Shown here: piece after piece, positions 30,788-40,934 of the stretch
Layout of the letters: each line of letters opens with the position of its first letter
Numbering within the stretch: position 1 is the stretch's first letter
DNA from: an uncultured Verrucomicrobiae bacterium
GTDB taxonomy: Bacteria; Verrucomicrobiota; Verrucomicrobiia; Chthoniobacterales; UBA10450
DNA length: 64,000 bases
Assembly (NCBI GenBank): GCA_963735805.1
Contig: CAVTMK010000001.1
Span: forward strand, 96,001 to 160,000
Direction of reading: 5' to 3'
Position numbers and translations under genes: made by a program
Notes under the pieces: generated by a model
Told to the model about the DNA's origin: nothing
What the model saw: only the letters and a program-made list of their open reading frames with translations
The model's database searches: none

Positions 30788-32875
30788 ATGAAGTGCCTTT
30801 CGGCAGGTCTAACCTTCGTCAATTTGTCAGTTGTTTGCGGCCTCCTTTTGGGAATGGTCGGCCATGGTTTGAACCCGTTGAGCGCGTCTCTCGCACTGAT
30901 ATGCGGGGCCGCATTTTCCGTGGCTGCCTGGCTCGGAACTTCTGATCCTGACAAAAAAAGCCGCTCTGGAACGACCCTTTCCAAGCAAACGCAGGGCGGA
31001 CAAAAGGGTAAGACGCCTGAATCACTTCAGATTCCATGGACCTACGGAAAATTCTGGTTCTGGTTGGTTGCGGCATTTTTCGCTTTGTTTGCCGTGCGAT
31101 CGTTTTGCTGGCTGCTGTACATCGACGGCGGCGATTGGAAAATTCAATCTCCCAACAACCTTGGTGACCTTTCCCTGCACATCACCTGGATTAGGAATTT
31201 CGCGAGTGGAGTACCTCTTTGGCCGGACAACCCAATCTACGCCCTTAGCAAATTAAGGTACCCCGCTGGGATCGACCTATTCAACGCCCTGCTCTGCCTC
31301 GTTCATGTCGATCTGATTCGCGGATTGGTTTGGACCGGATTGCTTGCATCGCTTGCGACATTTTATGCATTCTTCCGATGGGGCGGCACGTTCGGCGTCG
31401 CAGGTTTTTTGTTCAATGGCGGGATAGCGGGCTTCCAATTCTTGAGGACACTGAAGTTTTTGGATTATCAAGGCACGCAAGCAGATGTCATTCACAAACC
31501 CATCGCTTGGAAAAGCATTGCCCTTTCCATGTTCGTGACTCAGCGCGGGTGGCTCTACGCAATCCCTGCAGCACTGATTCTACTCTGGCATTGGCGGGAG
31601 AAATATTTTCGTGGCACCCCCGTGACCGCGGTCGACTCTTCGACGCGAGATTCATCCTCTACTGAAGCGGATTCGACGCCTGAACCCACCGACGCAATCG
31701 ATCACGCTAGCCGGGCCGACGGGGTTAACGCCCGCAATTACCGCAGCGGGCCGCTACCCTTCTGGGTCGAACTCTCGCTTTACGCATCAATGCCTCTGTT
31801 CCATGTCCATACCTTTATTGCGCTGACGATCGTGCTGGTTATCGCGCTGTTTTTTGAGAGAATAAAGTTGCCCGGAATTTTCAGCGATGCCCCGATACGG
31901 AAACACGGGGCTACACTGCTCAGCGCTGCCTTCATTCCAGCAACCTTTTTCGTCTGGTTGGTTACTGACCAGTTTCACGCGAAATCGATGCTCAAATGGC
32001 ACCCCGGCTGGGTGCAGGATTCGCCGGATTTCGCTGCTCCATTCTTTCGAATTGGGCCAGCCAACTTTCCCATTGACGCTCCCCATTTGTGGTTAGCACG
32101 AAAAACATGGAACGGTGTTATTGCTCCATTCTTTCAGTTCTGGCTAACGAACTTCGGCTTGTGGGTCCTGCTCGCGCTGGCACTGGTAGTATTATGTATC
32201 TGGCGTGCTTGGAAATCAGGCTGGCGCTGGGGTAAGACACCTCCGGCAGACGTCGCGTTTGTGTTGCCTGCTGTTGTGATCTTCGGTCTTGGGTATTTTG
32301 TTCAAACCGCGCCCTGGGATTGGGACAATCTCAAACTTATGGTTTGGGGTTACTTTCTTATTCTTCCCTTTTTGTGGAGCGATTTGCTGGCCCGTTGGGC
32401 CTTTCCGGAACGAGCAGTGACCTGCATTGTGCTCTTCGCTTCGGGTTTTGTGACGTTGTTGGGCGGTTTGACCGCCGGGCATCCGGGGTTTGGACTGATT
32501 GACCGCGCGAGACTCGATGCGATCGGCGCTGCTGTTCAACCTTTGCCAGTGGAGGCTCGCTTCGCGACGTGGCCGACGTACAATCATCCTCTCCTGCTTC
32601 AGGGCCGCAAAGTTGTTCTGGGATATCCGGGCCATCTCTGGACCCAAGGATTCGACTACAACGATGCCAACAATAAATTGACGGCCCTGATGCGCGGAGC
32701 GCCGAACTGGCGCGAAGCTGCGAAGTCGTTAGGCGTACGCTACATTTTTTGGGGTCGAGACGAGACGGCCAATTACCAGGGAAGCAGTCGCCCATGGGAA
32801 ACCACGGCGCAGCGGGTGGCGTCCGGCGATTGGGGCGCGATTTACGACCTGGCGCCTGAATCGCCCACTCGCTAG
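30788..32875 (+). CDS. Large polytopic membrane protein, probable GT-C-fold glycosyltransferase
   Basis: Many TM segments; GDLSLH, WPDNP...LRYP, FVTQR, WDWDNLK, LGYPGHLWTQG, GVRYIFWG. Confidence 0.7.
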   Translation: MKCLSAGLTFVNLSVVCGLLLGMVGHGLNPLSASLALICGAAFSVAAWLGTSDPDKKSRSGTTLSKQTQGGQKGKTPESLQIPWTYGKFWFWLVAAFFALFAVRSFCWLLYIDGGDWKIQSPNNLGDLSLHITWIRNFASGVPLWPDNPIYALSKLRYPAGIDLFNALLCLVHVDLIRGLVWTGLLASLATFYAFFRWGGTFGVAGFLFNGGIAGFQFLRTLKFLDYQGTQADVIHKPIAWKSIALSMFVTQRGWLYAIPAALILLWHWREKYFRGTPVTAVDSSTRDSSSTEADSTPEPTDAIDHASRADGVNARNYRSGPLPFWVELSLYASMPLFHVHTFIALTIVLVIALFFERIKLPGIFSDAPIRKHGATLLSAAFIPATFFVWLVTDQFHAKSMLKWHPGWVQDSPDFAAPFFRIGPANFPIDAPHLWLARKTWNGVIAPFFQFWLTNFGLWVLLALALVVLCIWRAWKSGWRWGKTPPADVAFVLPAVVIFGLGYFVQTAPWDWDNLKLMVWGYFLILPFLWSDLLARWAFPERAVTCIVLFASGFVTLLGGLTAGHPGFGLIDRARLDAIGAAVQPLPVEARFATWPTYNHPLLLQGRKVVLGYPGHLWTQGFDYNDANNKLTALMRGAPNWREAAKSLGVRYIFWGRDETANYQGSSRPWETTAQRVASGDWGAIYDLAPESPTR

Positions 32876-32904
32876 GGTGCGATCGGGGTCTCGCTGATCG
32901 AAGA

Positions 32905-33651
32905 TTATTTCTTGGAGGCGGCGACCTTCCTGCGAACTCGCAGTGGATGCGCCAGGAAAACGAAATAAATCGCGCTCACAAGATCAGAAAAACTGGATGC
33001 GGGGCTCGTCAGACGAAGTGGGCCACTCCGCAAAGCCGCAAAGAGGTTTTCGACAGTCAGCGCGGACGGAATTGGGATACTGGTATAATGGCGTCCAAAA
33101 GCATGGAGTCGATGCGCGTCGGACGTCGCGATTAAGGGTTTGCCATAGCGTGAGGCCACTCTCTTTGCGCGGCGGTTCGGATTGAACAAGCCCACGTGAA
33201 AATGACAAAACTCGATGGCGTCAAAACAATCTATTTCTCGAAGCAATCGCGATCCAATCGAGCCGCCGAACAAGTAAAAAGGATGCGGCGCAATTGTAAA
33301 AATGGAACTGCCGCGGCGCGCTCGCAGGTGACGCAGATCATCAAAGCTTTTCAGTTGCGCCATTTCTTCGGTGCTCACATTTAACACGATGACATCTGCG
33401 CCCTGCAGGCGCATCTCCGCTGCTGGGATAAGCAAAATCCCCATGGCCGCCGCATCAGCGAATACCTCCGATCGATCAAAAACTGCATCGTGCAGAGTGA
33501 TCGCCAGTACGCGAAATCCAAGCGCGCGGGCACGCTCGAGTAATTGATGCGCGGAATAATCGACCGCGTCTTTTGGATCATCGAGCGTATGAATGTGTAA
33601 GTCGATTTTGATCCATTCCTGATCTCCGTTCGGACTCTTGCTTTTGTTCAT
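32905..33651 (-). CDS. PHP domain metal-dependent phosphoesterase
   Basis: IDLHIHT, AITLHD, APHPF, ATSDAH. Confidence 0.88.
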   Translation of the reverse strand: MNKSKSPNGDQEWIKIDLHIHTLDDPKDAVDYSAHQLLERARALGFRVLAITLHDAVFDRSEVFADAAAMGILLIPAAEMRLQGADVIVLNVSTEEMAQLKSFDDLRHLRARRGSSIFTIAPHPFYLFGGSIGSRLLREIDCFDAIEFCHFHVGLFNPNRRAKRVASRYGKPLIATSDAHRLHAFGRHYTSIPIPSALTVENLFAALRSGPLRLTSPASSFSDLVSAIYFVFLAHPLRVRRKVAASKK

Positions 33652-33739
33652 GCTTTACCCAGCCGGGGAAATTAGTCGCAGAAAGGAGACTTGCCAGCAG
33701 CTGTGGACTGCGGAAGGTTTTGGCGCTCTCGCGAGCAAG

Positions 33740-33823
33740 GCTCGGGTGGTGGAATGGCAGACACGTACGTTTGAGGGGCGTATGCCGAAAGGCATGCGGG
33801 TTCAAGTCCCGCCCCGAGCACCA
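33740..33823 (+). tRNA. tRNA-Leu (GAG)
   Basis: GCTCGGG/CCCGAGC stem, TTGAGGG loop, long variable arm, GGTTCAAGTCC, encoded CCA. Confidence 0.97.
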
Positions 33824-33833
33824 AATCGCGCAG

Positions 33834-34397
33834 TCAACTTGTCGGTTCGCTAGCCAATTGTTCGATTTGGCCCGTATCGCTGACAGCCTCCGCTCGCCTT
33901 TCCAAGAAGTCGCGAGCCATCGCGGCAAGAAACGCTTTGCCTGCCAGATTCCAAAGATCCACCAGGAACCACTGGATAGCGTGTTCACGATTTCCAAGGT
34001 CAGGCATCTGACTCTTAACAACCATGCCCTGAGGCGTGGACTGCAAAATAGCTGCTACTATTTTTCGAGCGAGCTGAATGCGAACGACCAGATGCAAACA
34101 CTCGCGATGTGTCAGAGCTGGCCAGGAACCGTCGCGAATAAACGCCGCCACCGCTTTTTCGACCGCTGCCTTCGCCAATCCTTGATCGACTCGAAGAGAG
34201 GCGACGTTTTTTCCGTCACGAACATGCGCGTGACCGATATGTTTAGCGATGCACAGATCAAAGTAAACGTTCTGCGCCGCTAAACGATTGTCCCACGATT
34301 GAAGCAGAGGGTCTTCAGGTGGTCGTTGAGGCACATGAGCGCGTGGCTCTATCGCGCTAACTGATTGATACCACTGCCACTCTTCAAGCGTGTGCAT
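33834..34397 (-). CDS. Hypothetical protein
   Basis: 187-aa ATG ORF convergent on tRNA-Leu; an antisense ORF of equal length competes with it. Confidence 0.55.
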   Translation of the reverse strand: MHTLEEWQWYQSVSAIEPRAHVPQRPPEDPLLQSWDNRLAAQNVYFDLCIAKHIGHAHVRDGKNVASLRVDQGLAKAAVEKAVAAFIRDGSWPALTHRECLHLVVRIQLARKIVAAILQSTPQGMVVKSQMPDLGNREHAIQWFLVDLWNLAGKAFLAAMARDFLERRAEAVSDTGQIEQLASEPTS

Positions 34398-34695
34398 TTG
34401 AAGTTAATGTCGAGATGTCTATCGAAGCCCTGACAAAGCCCGAAATCATGGGAATTGCGCTTTTATCAAGAGCAGCGGCCCAATGCGAGCAAAAAATTAA
34501 CCCCTCCGTGAACCAGACTGTAAGGAGGAATCAGCATCTCCAAAGACGATGAGTTAGTGGCGAGACCGTACCATTTTGCTAACGCGTTGAGGAGAGCGCC
34601 TTCCACCAGGTTCTGTTAGGCGTTGGGAGCACCACGTTCCAGGTGGCAATTAGAACTTTGCGCTCTGTTACCGTTCCGATAACCTCCGCTCCAAT

Positions 34696-35712
34696 ATGGA
34701 ATCGCTTTATCTTGTCGGCATCGCTGTGCTGGCGCTGTTCGCGTTGGTGCTCGCCGTTGTTCTTTTCAACTTTTTCGGGCTCTGGCTGAGGGCGCGGATC
34801 GCGAATGCGCCGGTGAGTCTGGGTAAGATGGTCGGGATGCGACTGCGCAAAGTGCCAGTCGGTTTGATCGTGGACAATCGCATTACCGCAGTGAAAGCCG
34901 GTCTGGATGTCCGCAGCGATCCCCTGGAAGCCCACTACCTTGCGGGCGGTGACGTGAGCCATGTGGTTCTTGCTTTGATTGCGGCTGACAAGGCAGGAAT
35001 CACACTCGATTTCAACCGCGCCTGTGCCATCGACCTTGCCACGAAGGGGACAGGCAAGACAGTCCTGGAAGCGGTGCGCACCAGTATCAATCCCAAAGTG
35101 ATCGACGCGCCCAATCCAACAGCGGGCCGCGCGACGATCGACGGCGTCGCACAGGACGGCATCGGTGTGAAAGTAAAAGCGCGTGTTACGGTGCGCTCGC
35201 ATCTCGATCGGTTCGTCGGTGGCGCGACCGAGGAAACTATCATCGCCCGCGTGGGAGAAGGCATTGTGAGCGCGATCGGTTCCGCGCATTCCTACAAGGA
35301 GGTGCTGGAGAATCCCGATCGCATTTCAAAGACCGTGTTGGCCAAAGGCCTCGATAGCAACACCGCGTTCGAAATTCTCTCGATCGATATCGCCGACGTA
35401 GATGTTGGGGACAATATCGGCGCGAAATTGCAGACCGAACAGGCCGAGGCCGATAAACGTGTTGCGCAGGCAAAAGCCGAGGTGCGTCGCGCAGCTGCTG
35501 TTGCAGTTGAACAGGAGATGCGAGCCAAGACCCAGGAAATGCGCGCCAAAGTCGTGGAAGCGGAAGCGCTTGTTCCGCAGGCGATGGCAGACGCATTTCG
35601 CTCCGGAAATCTTGGTGTGATGGATTACGTTCGGATGAAAAACGTGCAGGCGGATACGTCGATGCGCGAATCAATTGCCGGCGGTGACAAGACGCGGACT
35701 GAAGGCACGTGA
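34696..35712 (+). CDS. floA: Flotillin-like protein FloA (YqfA family)
   Basis: [53 protein letters not shown]. Confidence 0.93.
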   Translation: MESLYLVGIAVLALFALVLAVVLFNFFGLWLRARIANAPVSLGKMVGMRLRKVPVGLIVDNRITAVKAGLDVRSDPLEAHYLAGGDVSHVVLALIAADKAGITLDFNRACAIDLATKGTGKTVLEAVRTSINPKVIDAPNPTAGRATIDGVAQDGIGVKVKARVTVRSHLDRFVGGATEETIIARVGEGIVSAIGSAHSYKEVLENPDRISKTVLAKGLDSNTAFEILSIDIADVDVGDNIGAKLQTEQAEADKRVAQAKAEVRRAAAVAVEQEMRAKTQEMRAKVVEAEALVPQAMADAFRSGNLGVMDYVRMKNVQADTSMRESIAGGDKTRTEGT

Positions 35713-35811
35713 TCAGTCGATGAGTAAACGGATTCAAAAAGTGGGCGGCGTCCGGATTACCCTTCAATGCTTGGCCGTTCAACGCTTTAACGCTTTAACG
35801 CCACGTAACTA

Positions 35812-36435
35812 ATGATTGCCGCTATCGAAAATCTGCTTTTCCTTTTGCTTGTCGCGGTCGCCGCCTTGTTCCAGTTCCTCGCCAAGACAGCCGCGAAGGC
35901 AAACAAGGATCAGACAAAGCGAACATCGACATCGCAAACGCCTCCATCAATCCCGCGCGCGGCAAGAGAGTCAGACGAAGAAAAGATCCGTAGGTTCCTG
36001 GAGGCACTTGGTCAACCGCCGAGCTCAAAACCGCCGACACCGGTTGCGCCTCGCACCGCGATTCCGCCTCGCCCGCTCGCGCCGGTGCAGCCGCCGCTGT
36101 CCCCGCTTTCACAACTGAGGCGGGAAAAGCAGCGTAAACGCGCGGCGATTCCAAAAGAAATTCCTCCGTCACCGACTGTCATCGGCGTCGAGGAAATCGT
36201 GCCGCGAAAAATAACCGCGGCTTCTCCGTTCGAAGTTCACGAAGGATCAACACTGACTGCGTCGCCAGCGAGGATCAAAACCGCTGCAGGAGTAATGCAA
36301 ACAGGTCTTAAAACGGAGAAATTAAGAACCGACATAACCACACTGCTTGCATCGACATCAGGCTTGCGCGACGCAATTATTCTTCGCGAAATTCTCAGTC
36401 TGCCGCGTGGGTTGCGCGGAATCGATTCGTTTTAG
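35812..36435 (+). CDS. Hypothetical membrane-anchored protein downstream of floA
   Basis: N-terminal TM, Pro-rich middle, C-terminal LRDAIILREIL..PR. Confidence 0.75.
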   Translation: MIAAIENLLFLLLVAVAALFQFLAKTAAKANKDQTKRTSTSQTPPSIPRAARESDEEKIRRFLEALGQPPSSKPPTPVAPRTAIPPRPLAPVQPPLSPLSQLRREKQRKRAAIPKEIPPSPTVIGVEEIVPRKITAASPFEVHEGSTLTASPARIKTAAGVMQTGLKTEKLRTDITTLLASTSGLRDAIILREILSLPRGLRGIDSF

Positions 36436-36552
36436 TGTCCGCCGTCCTCGGTGGATTACGGCTTCCCTCGTAACCGGAATGCGGTGAGAGCGGCGCGCCC
36501 TGCAGGCGCGAGGTTATTGATCCGAACAGTCATCGAGGTGTCCGGAGTGCCA

Positions 36553-36594
36553 GCGGAAAAGGAAGAGCGGCGGGAACTCCCTGGCCCGCCGCTC
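36553..36594 (-). terminator. Putative intrinsic terminator (minus strand)
   Basis: 10-bp stem GAGCGGCGGG/CCCGCCGCTC followed on the minus strand by TTCCTTTTCC. Confidence 0.55.
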
Positions 36595-36891
36595 ATTTAG
36601 TCCAAGGCACAACCAAAAGCGCCTTCGACTTCCTATGGAGTGTGCGATGGAAATCTGGTTTGAGTGGTGAAAACACACAATCGGACTGGCGGATGATTGT
36701 CTAATCAGACAAAATCCTATCGGTACAGGTTTTGATTGCCCGAGTAAAAGTGGCCCGGACATGATGTCATCGAAATCGCCGGACACCAAGCTGCCTGACC
36801 TAATCGTCCTGAGAATTGGAAGGAGAAACTGCAGAGACTTTCGCCAGTTGAGCTTCGTAGCCGGTCTTGTAGGTTCAAGGCCCCCGAAAAC

Positions 36892-36975
36892 GCCGGCGTG
36901 GCGGAATTGGCAGACGCGCTGGACTCAAAATCCAGTGATCGCAAGGTCGTGTGGGTTCGAGCCCCTCCGCCGGCA
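36892..36975 (+). tRNA. tRNA-Leu (CAA)
   Basis: GCCGGCG/CGCCGGC stem, CTCAAAA loop, variable arm, GGTTCGAGCC. Confidence 0.97.
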
Positions 36976-37113
36976 CATTGGCCAGACCTGTCTGTTTACG
37001 CAGCGAATTGATCAGATGTCGCACGAGCAGTCTTCGCATCGGCGCGAAGGCAAACAGCTGCAGCGGGTTCCGTTTGTGCTTGTATAGCGCGGAGAGAACC
37101 ACAATGTTCTCTC

Positions 37114-37887
37114 GTGAACGGGAAGGCCGGCGAGCAGGGTGGAAGCGAACCGCATGAGTTTGTAACTACCCGGTGGAGCCTCATTTTTTCGGCCGCAAAC
37201 TCGGGAACTGAAGAGCAAAAGGTGCGCGATGCGCTCGCCGAGCTTTGCCGAACCTATTGGCGGCCCATTTTCTCGTTTGTCCGCGCGCGCGGCCATTCAG
37301 TCGAGGACGCCCAGGATCTGACACAGGATTTTTTTCTAGTAATACTTAAGGAAAACTGGCTGCAACACGCCGATCGAAATCGTGGCAGGTTCCGTTCGCT
37401 CTTGCTCAGGTCGCTCCAAAATTTTCTCATTAACGCAGCCGAGAAAACGCATGCCTACAAACGGGGCGGTGACGTGGAATTTATTCCATGGGACGATTGG
37501 GCAGCCGAGGCTCCACCGCAATTATCCAATTCAGCTCAGATGCCGAACTCGCTGCCACCCGAGCGACTCTTTGATCTCAGCTGGGCTACCGCTGTGGTAG
37601 AACACGCACTTCAACGCCTCCGCGAAGAATGCGAAAGTAAAGGGAAGCTCTGGCTCTTCCGTGCGCTAAGCCACCATCTTACCGACGCACGCGATGAAGT
37701 CTCATACACCGATCTTTCTGCGGATCTGGGAGTCGCCGACACCGTCGTGAAAAAGCAACTGCACAAAATGCGGCAGCGTTATCGGGCTCTGTTGCGCGCT
37801 GAAGTTGCGCGCACAGTCGAGAATCCCGCCGATGTGGACAACGAAATCCGGTATCTGTGTGCGGCACTCGCCCGCGGAACCGACTAA
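37114..37887 (+). CDS. ECF-type RNA polymerase sigma factor (kinase-associated type)
   Basis: FVTTRWSLI, ALAELCRTYWRPI, DAQDLTQDFF, RGRFRSLL, KRGG, C-terminal HTH; GTG start. Confidence 0.88.
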   Translation: MNGKAGEQGGSEPHEFVTTRWSLIFSAANSGTEEQKVRDALAELCRTYWRPIFSFVRARGHSVEDAQDLTQDFFLVILKENWLQHADRNRGRFRSLLLRSLQNFLINAAEKTHAYKRGGDVEFIPWDDWAAEAPPQLSNSAQMPNSLPPERLFDLSWATAVVEHALQRLREECESKGKLWLFRALSHHLTDARDEVSYTDLSADLGVADTVVKKQLHKMRQRYRALLRAEVARTVENPADVDNEIRYLCAALARGTD

Positions 37888-37892
37888 CTCTG

Positions 37893-40826
37893 ATGAACAC
37901 TTCGAACGAGCGCTCCGATTCACTTCCGACTGCGACCAAAGGCGGTGCAAAATGCGAAAAGTGCGGCGTGGCTACGCGACTCGATACTGGAGTTTGTGTC
38001 AGCTGCCTGTTGCTCGAGGGACTGGAAACTGATGCCGAGGTTTCGGGCGCCGCTTATGAAAACGTGCTCGCTGAAGTGGATGCGCCAGGTAAGCAGTGGC
38101 GACTGGGCAATTACGAGATCCTCGACGAGATCGGGCGCGGCGGCATGGGCGTGATTTATCGCGCAAGGCAACGGCACTCCCGAAGGATCGTCGCCGTAAA
38201 ACGCGTGCTGAGTTATCAGGCTGATTCACATGAAACGCTCGTTCGCTTCCGGCGCGAAGCCGAGGCTGCGGCCAGCCTCGATCATCCGAATATCCTTCCT
38301 ATATACGAGGTGAGCGAAAGTGAGGACGGTCTTCCGTTCTTCAGCATGAAATTTGCAACAGGTGGGAGCTTGCAAAAATCGGCGGCGTCCCTGCGTCATG
38401 ATTCCCGAAAATGCGTGCAACTCATGGCAAAAGTCGCGCGCGCCGTGGAGTACGCGCACGGCCGTGGGGTTCTCCACCGCGATCTCAAACCGGGAAACAT
38501 TTTGCTCGACGATCGAGATGAACCTCTGGTGAGCGATTTCGGTCTGGCAAAATGGCTGGATGCGAACAAGGAGATTACAAACTCACTGACGGCCATCGGC
38601 ACTGCGGGTTACATTGCGCCCGAACAGGTCGAAGGCACAGCCGGCGACCTAACTCCGGCCGCCGATGTTTATAGTCTTGGTGCGATTCTTTTCGGCTTGC
38701 TCACCGGGCGTCCACCATTTTTGGGCGACAATTCCCTTTCCGTTATTCGACAGGCGTCGGAAACGCCGGCGCCGAAACTGCGCGCGCTCGCGTCATCGCT
38801 CGATCGCGATTTAGAAACTATTTGTGCACGTTGTCTCGAACGTGAACCTAAGGCGCGCTACGAGTCTGCGGGAGATCTGGCGGCCGATCTGGAACGCTGG
38901 CTTGAGGGACGGCCGATTATTGCCCGCCCGGTTTCGCCTCTAGCGCGAGCGTGGCGATGGTCGCGGCGTAACCCAAAGTTGGTGGCAACAGGCATTACAG
39001 GTCTGCTTCTCGGCGCGGGCGCGATTTGGTTATTCCATGGCAAATTGTTCCAACAGCCACTCTTTAATCCCCCGGAAAAGAGTATAGCTGTTTTGCCGTT
39101 CCTCGATCTCAGCCAGGCGAAGGATCAGGAATATTTCTGCGACGGCATGAGCGAGGAAATTCTCCACGCACTCGCAAAGATCGACGGACTGCGAGTCGTC
39201 GGCCGTACCTCGTCATTCTCATTCAAAGGAAAAAACGTGAACGTGGGCGAGGTTGGGAAAAAGTTAAACGTCCAAAATGTGCTTGAAGGAAGTTTACAGC
39301 GCGAGGGCAACCGCGTTCGTATTAACGCCCAGTTGATCGACACCCGTAGCGGTTTTCACGTTTGGACGGAAACCTACGATCGCGATCTGGCGAATGTCTT
39401 TGCGCTCCAGGACGACATAACTCGTTCAATTGTTGAAGCCCTTAAGATCAAACTCGCTGTTCCTATTCCCACCCATGAACAACGCAACAGAAAGGCATAC
39501 GATCTCTATCTGCAGGGCCTTTACTTCTCAAACAAGGGTAGCGAGGAAGATTTGCGCCGGGCGCTCAATTTTTTTCAAGGTGCGGTTGAGATAGATCCGA
39601 CATTTTCACGCGCCTGGACGGGGATTGCGAAGGTCTGGTATTTTCTGGCCGACGTTTACGTGAAGCCACTCGACGCTTACCCGGCATCAAAGGAAGCGGC
39701 TTTGAAGGCAATCTCGCTCGACGAGAAAGATGCCCAAGCGCATTGCTATCTTAGCGAAGCGAAACGCGTCCTCGACTGGGACCTTGCCGGTGCGGATGCA
39801 GAATTGAAACGCGCGCTGGAACTCGATCCGAACTCGGCACCGGCTCACCTTTTCTCAGGGCTGCATCCACTTTTTCGCGGAGAACTGAAACACGGTCTTC
39901 AACTTGTCCTGGAGGCAGAAAAGTTAGACCCGGTCTCACCTATCATTAGCTACGCAGCAACCGCTGCCTACCTGGCCAACGACCGCATCGATGATGCAGT
40001 GAGCGAAGGTCAGCGCACGCTTCAGCTCGACCCGAATTACTTTTACCTGGACTCAGTTCTGGCCGCTGCGTATCGCGAAAAAGGCAATTTTCCTGAAGCA
40101 ATCGCTCTCTATGCCAAGGCTCAGGAAGCCACGCATCTGCCGAGTAGCGGTCTTGCAATCACTTATGCGCGCATGGGCCGTCAAACCGAGGCCCAAAATA
40201 TTCTTACTCAGCTTTTACAGGTGAGGGAAAAACGATATGTCTCAGCGCCTTTAATCGCGGCAGTCTGTGTCGCTCTCGGCGATAAAGAAGGAGCTTTTCG
40301 CGAACTCGAGCGCGCATATGCCGAACACTCCGGAGTGTTACAGTGGATCGCGTTTCTTCCGGAATTTCGCGCGCTCCATTCCGACGCGCGTTTTCCTAAT
40401 CTTTTACATCGAACCGGTACTTCGCAGAACGCGATCCTGGCAATCAGTGAGACAACTCTCACGGAGATTAGAGATCCAGGCGCTCAGAAATATCTGTCGC
40501 TCAAGGTTGGAGTAAGGCCACGGCCAGGCACGCCAAACGGCCACGTCGTACGGATTGTCGTCTCCTTCTACGACCTTACCAAAGATAACAAAATGAAGCC
40601 AACTGACGCCCGGGTCGGTTACGACTGGCTTACGCCCGCGAATGATTGGTCAGACGCAACCGCAAAATTCCTTGTTGCGACGTACGTGCGCCCGAAGACG
40701 CAAAAGTCTTCAATGGAAGAAAGGCGCTACGGCGGGTTTGCTATTCGAGTCTATTTCGATGGCCAGTTACAAGATGCGCGGGCTAACCCGGCAGACCTTT
40801 TAACCCTTTTCCCGGCTGAGAATTAG
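37893..40826 (+). CDS. Ser/Thr protein kinase with TM segment, TolB-like domain, TPR repeats and extra C-terminal domain
   Basis: GRGGMGVIY, VAVK, HRDLKPGN, DFGLAK, GYIAPE; SIAVLPF module; TPRs; N-terminal CxxC...CxxC; ATG at 37893. Confidence 0.92.
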   Translation: MNTSNERSDSLPTATKGGAKCEKCGVATRLDTGVCVSCLLLEGLETDAEVSGAAYENVLAEVDAPGKQWRLGNYEILDEIGRGGMGVIYRARQRHSRRIVAVKRVLSYQADSHETLVRFRREAEAAASLDHPNILPIYEVSESEDGLPFFSMKFATGGSLQKSAASLRHDSRKCVQLMAKVARAVEYAHGRGVLHRDLKPGNILLDDRDEPLVSDFGLAKWLDANKEITNSLTAIGTAGYIAPEQVEGTAGDLTPAADVYSLGAILFGLLTGRPPFLGDNSLSVIRQASETPAPKLRALASSLDRDLETICARCLEREPKARYESAGDLAADLERWLEGRPIIARPVSPLARAWRWSRRNPKLVATGITGLLLGAGAIWLFHGKLFQQPLFNPPEKSIAVLPFLDLSQAKDQEYFCDGMSEEILHALAKIDGLRVVGRTSSFSFKGKNVNVGEVGKKLNVQNVLEGSLQREGNRVRINAQLIDTRSGFHVWTETYDRDLANVFALQDDITRSIVEALKIKLAVPIPTHEQRNRKAYDLYLQGLYFSNKGSEEDLRRALNFFQGAVEIDPTFSRAWTGIAKVWYFLADVYVKPLDAYPASKEAALKAISLDEKDAQAHCYLSEAKRVLDWDLAGADAELKRALELDPNSAPAHLFSGLHPLFRGELKHGLQLVLEAEKLDPVSPIISYAATAAYLANDRIDDAVSEGQRTLQLDPNYFYLDSVLAAAYREKGNFPEAIALYAKAQEATHLPSSGLAITYARMGRQTEAQNILTQLLQVREKRYVSAPLIAAVCVALGDKEGAFRELERAYAEHSGVLQWIAFLPEFRALHSDARFPNLLHRTGTSQNAILAISETTLTEIRDPGAQKYLSLKVGVRPRPGTPNGHVVRIVVSFYDLTKDNKMKPTDARVGYDWLTPANDWSDATAKFLVATYVRPKTQKSSMEERRYGGFAIRVYFDGQLQDARANPADLLTLFPAEN

Positions 40827-40934
40827 TCCTCCTCCTGCAAGCCCAACTCAAGGCTTCTAATTATAGTCACAACACACGGCGAGCTTGTTTGCCAATGGAA
40901 AGATTATTACACCTATTGGCGGAGATTCCCCGAG

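Noticed and set aside
34578..34643. GCTAAC...GTTAGGC pair upstream of floA, considered as attC
   Set aside because: Isolated, with no inner boxes or cassette ORF; better explained as two degenerate direct copies of a REP-like GCGTTG...TTCCA motif.
34579..35289. Long antisense ORFs (this one, also 42030-42761, 20947-21573, 9825-10463)
   Set aside because: Shadow or alternative-frame ORFs overlapping well-supported genes, with no recognisable motifs.
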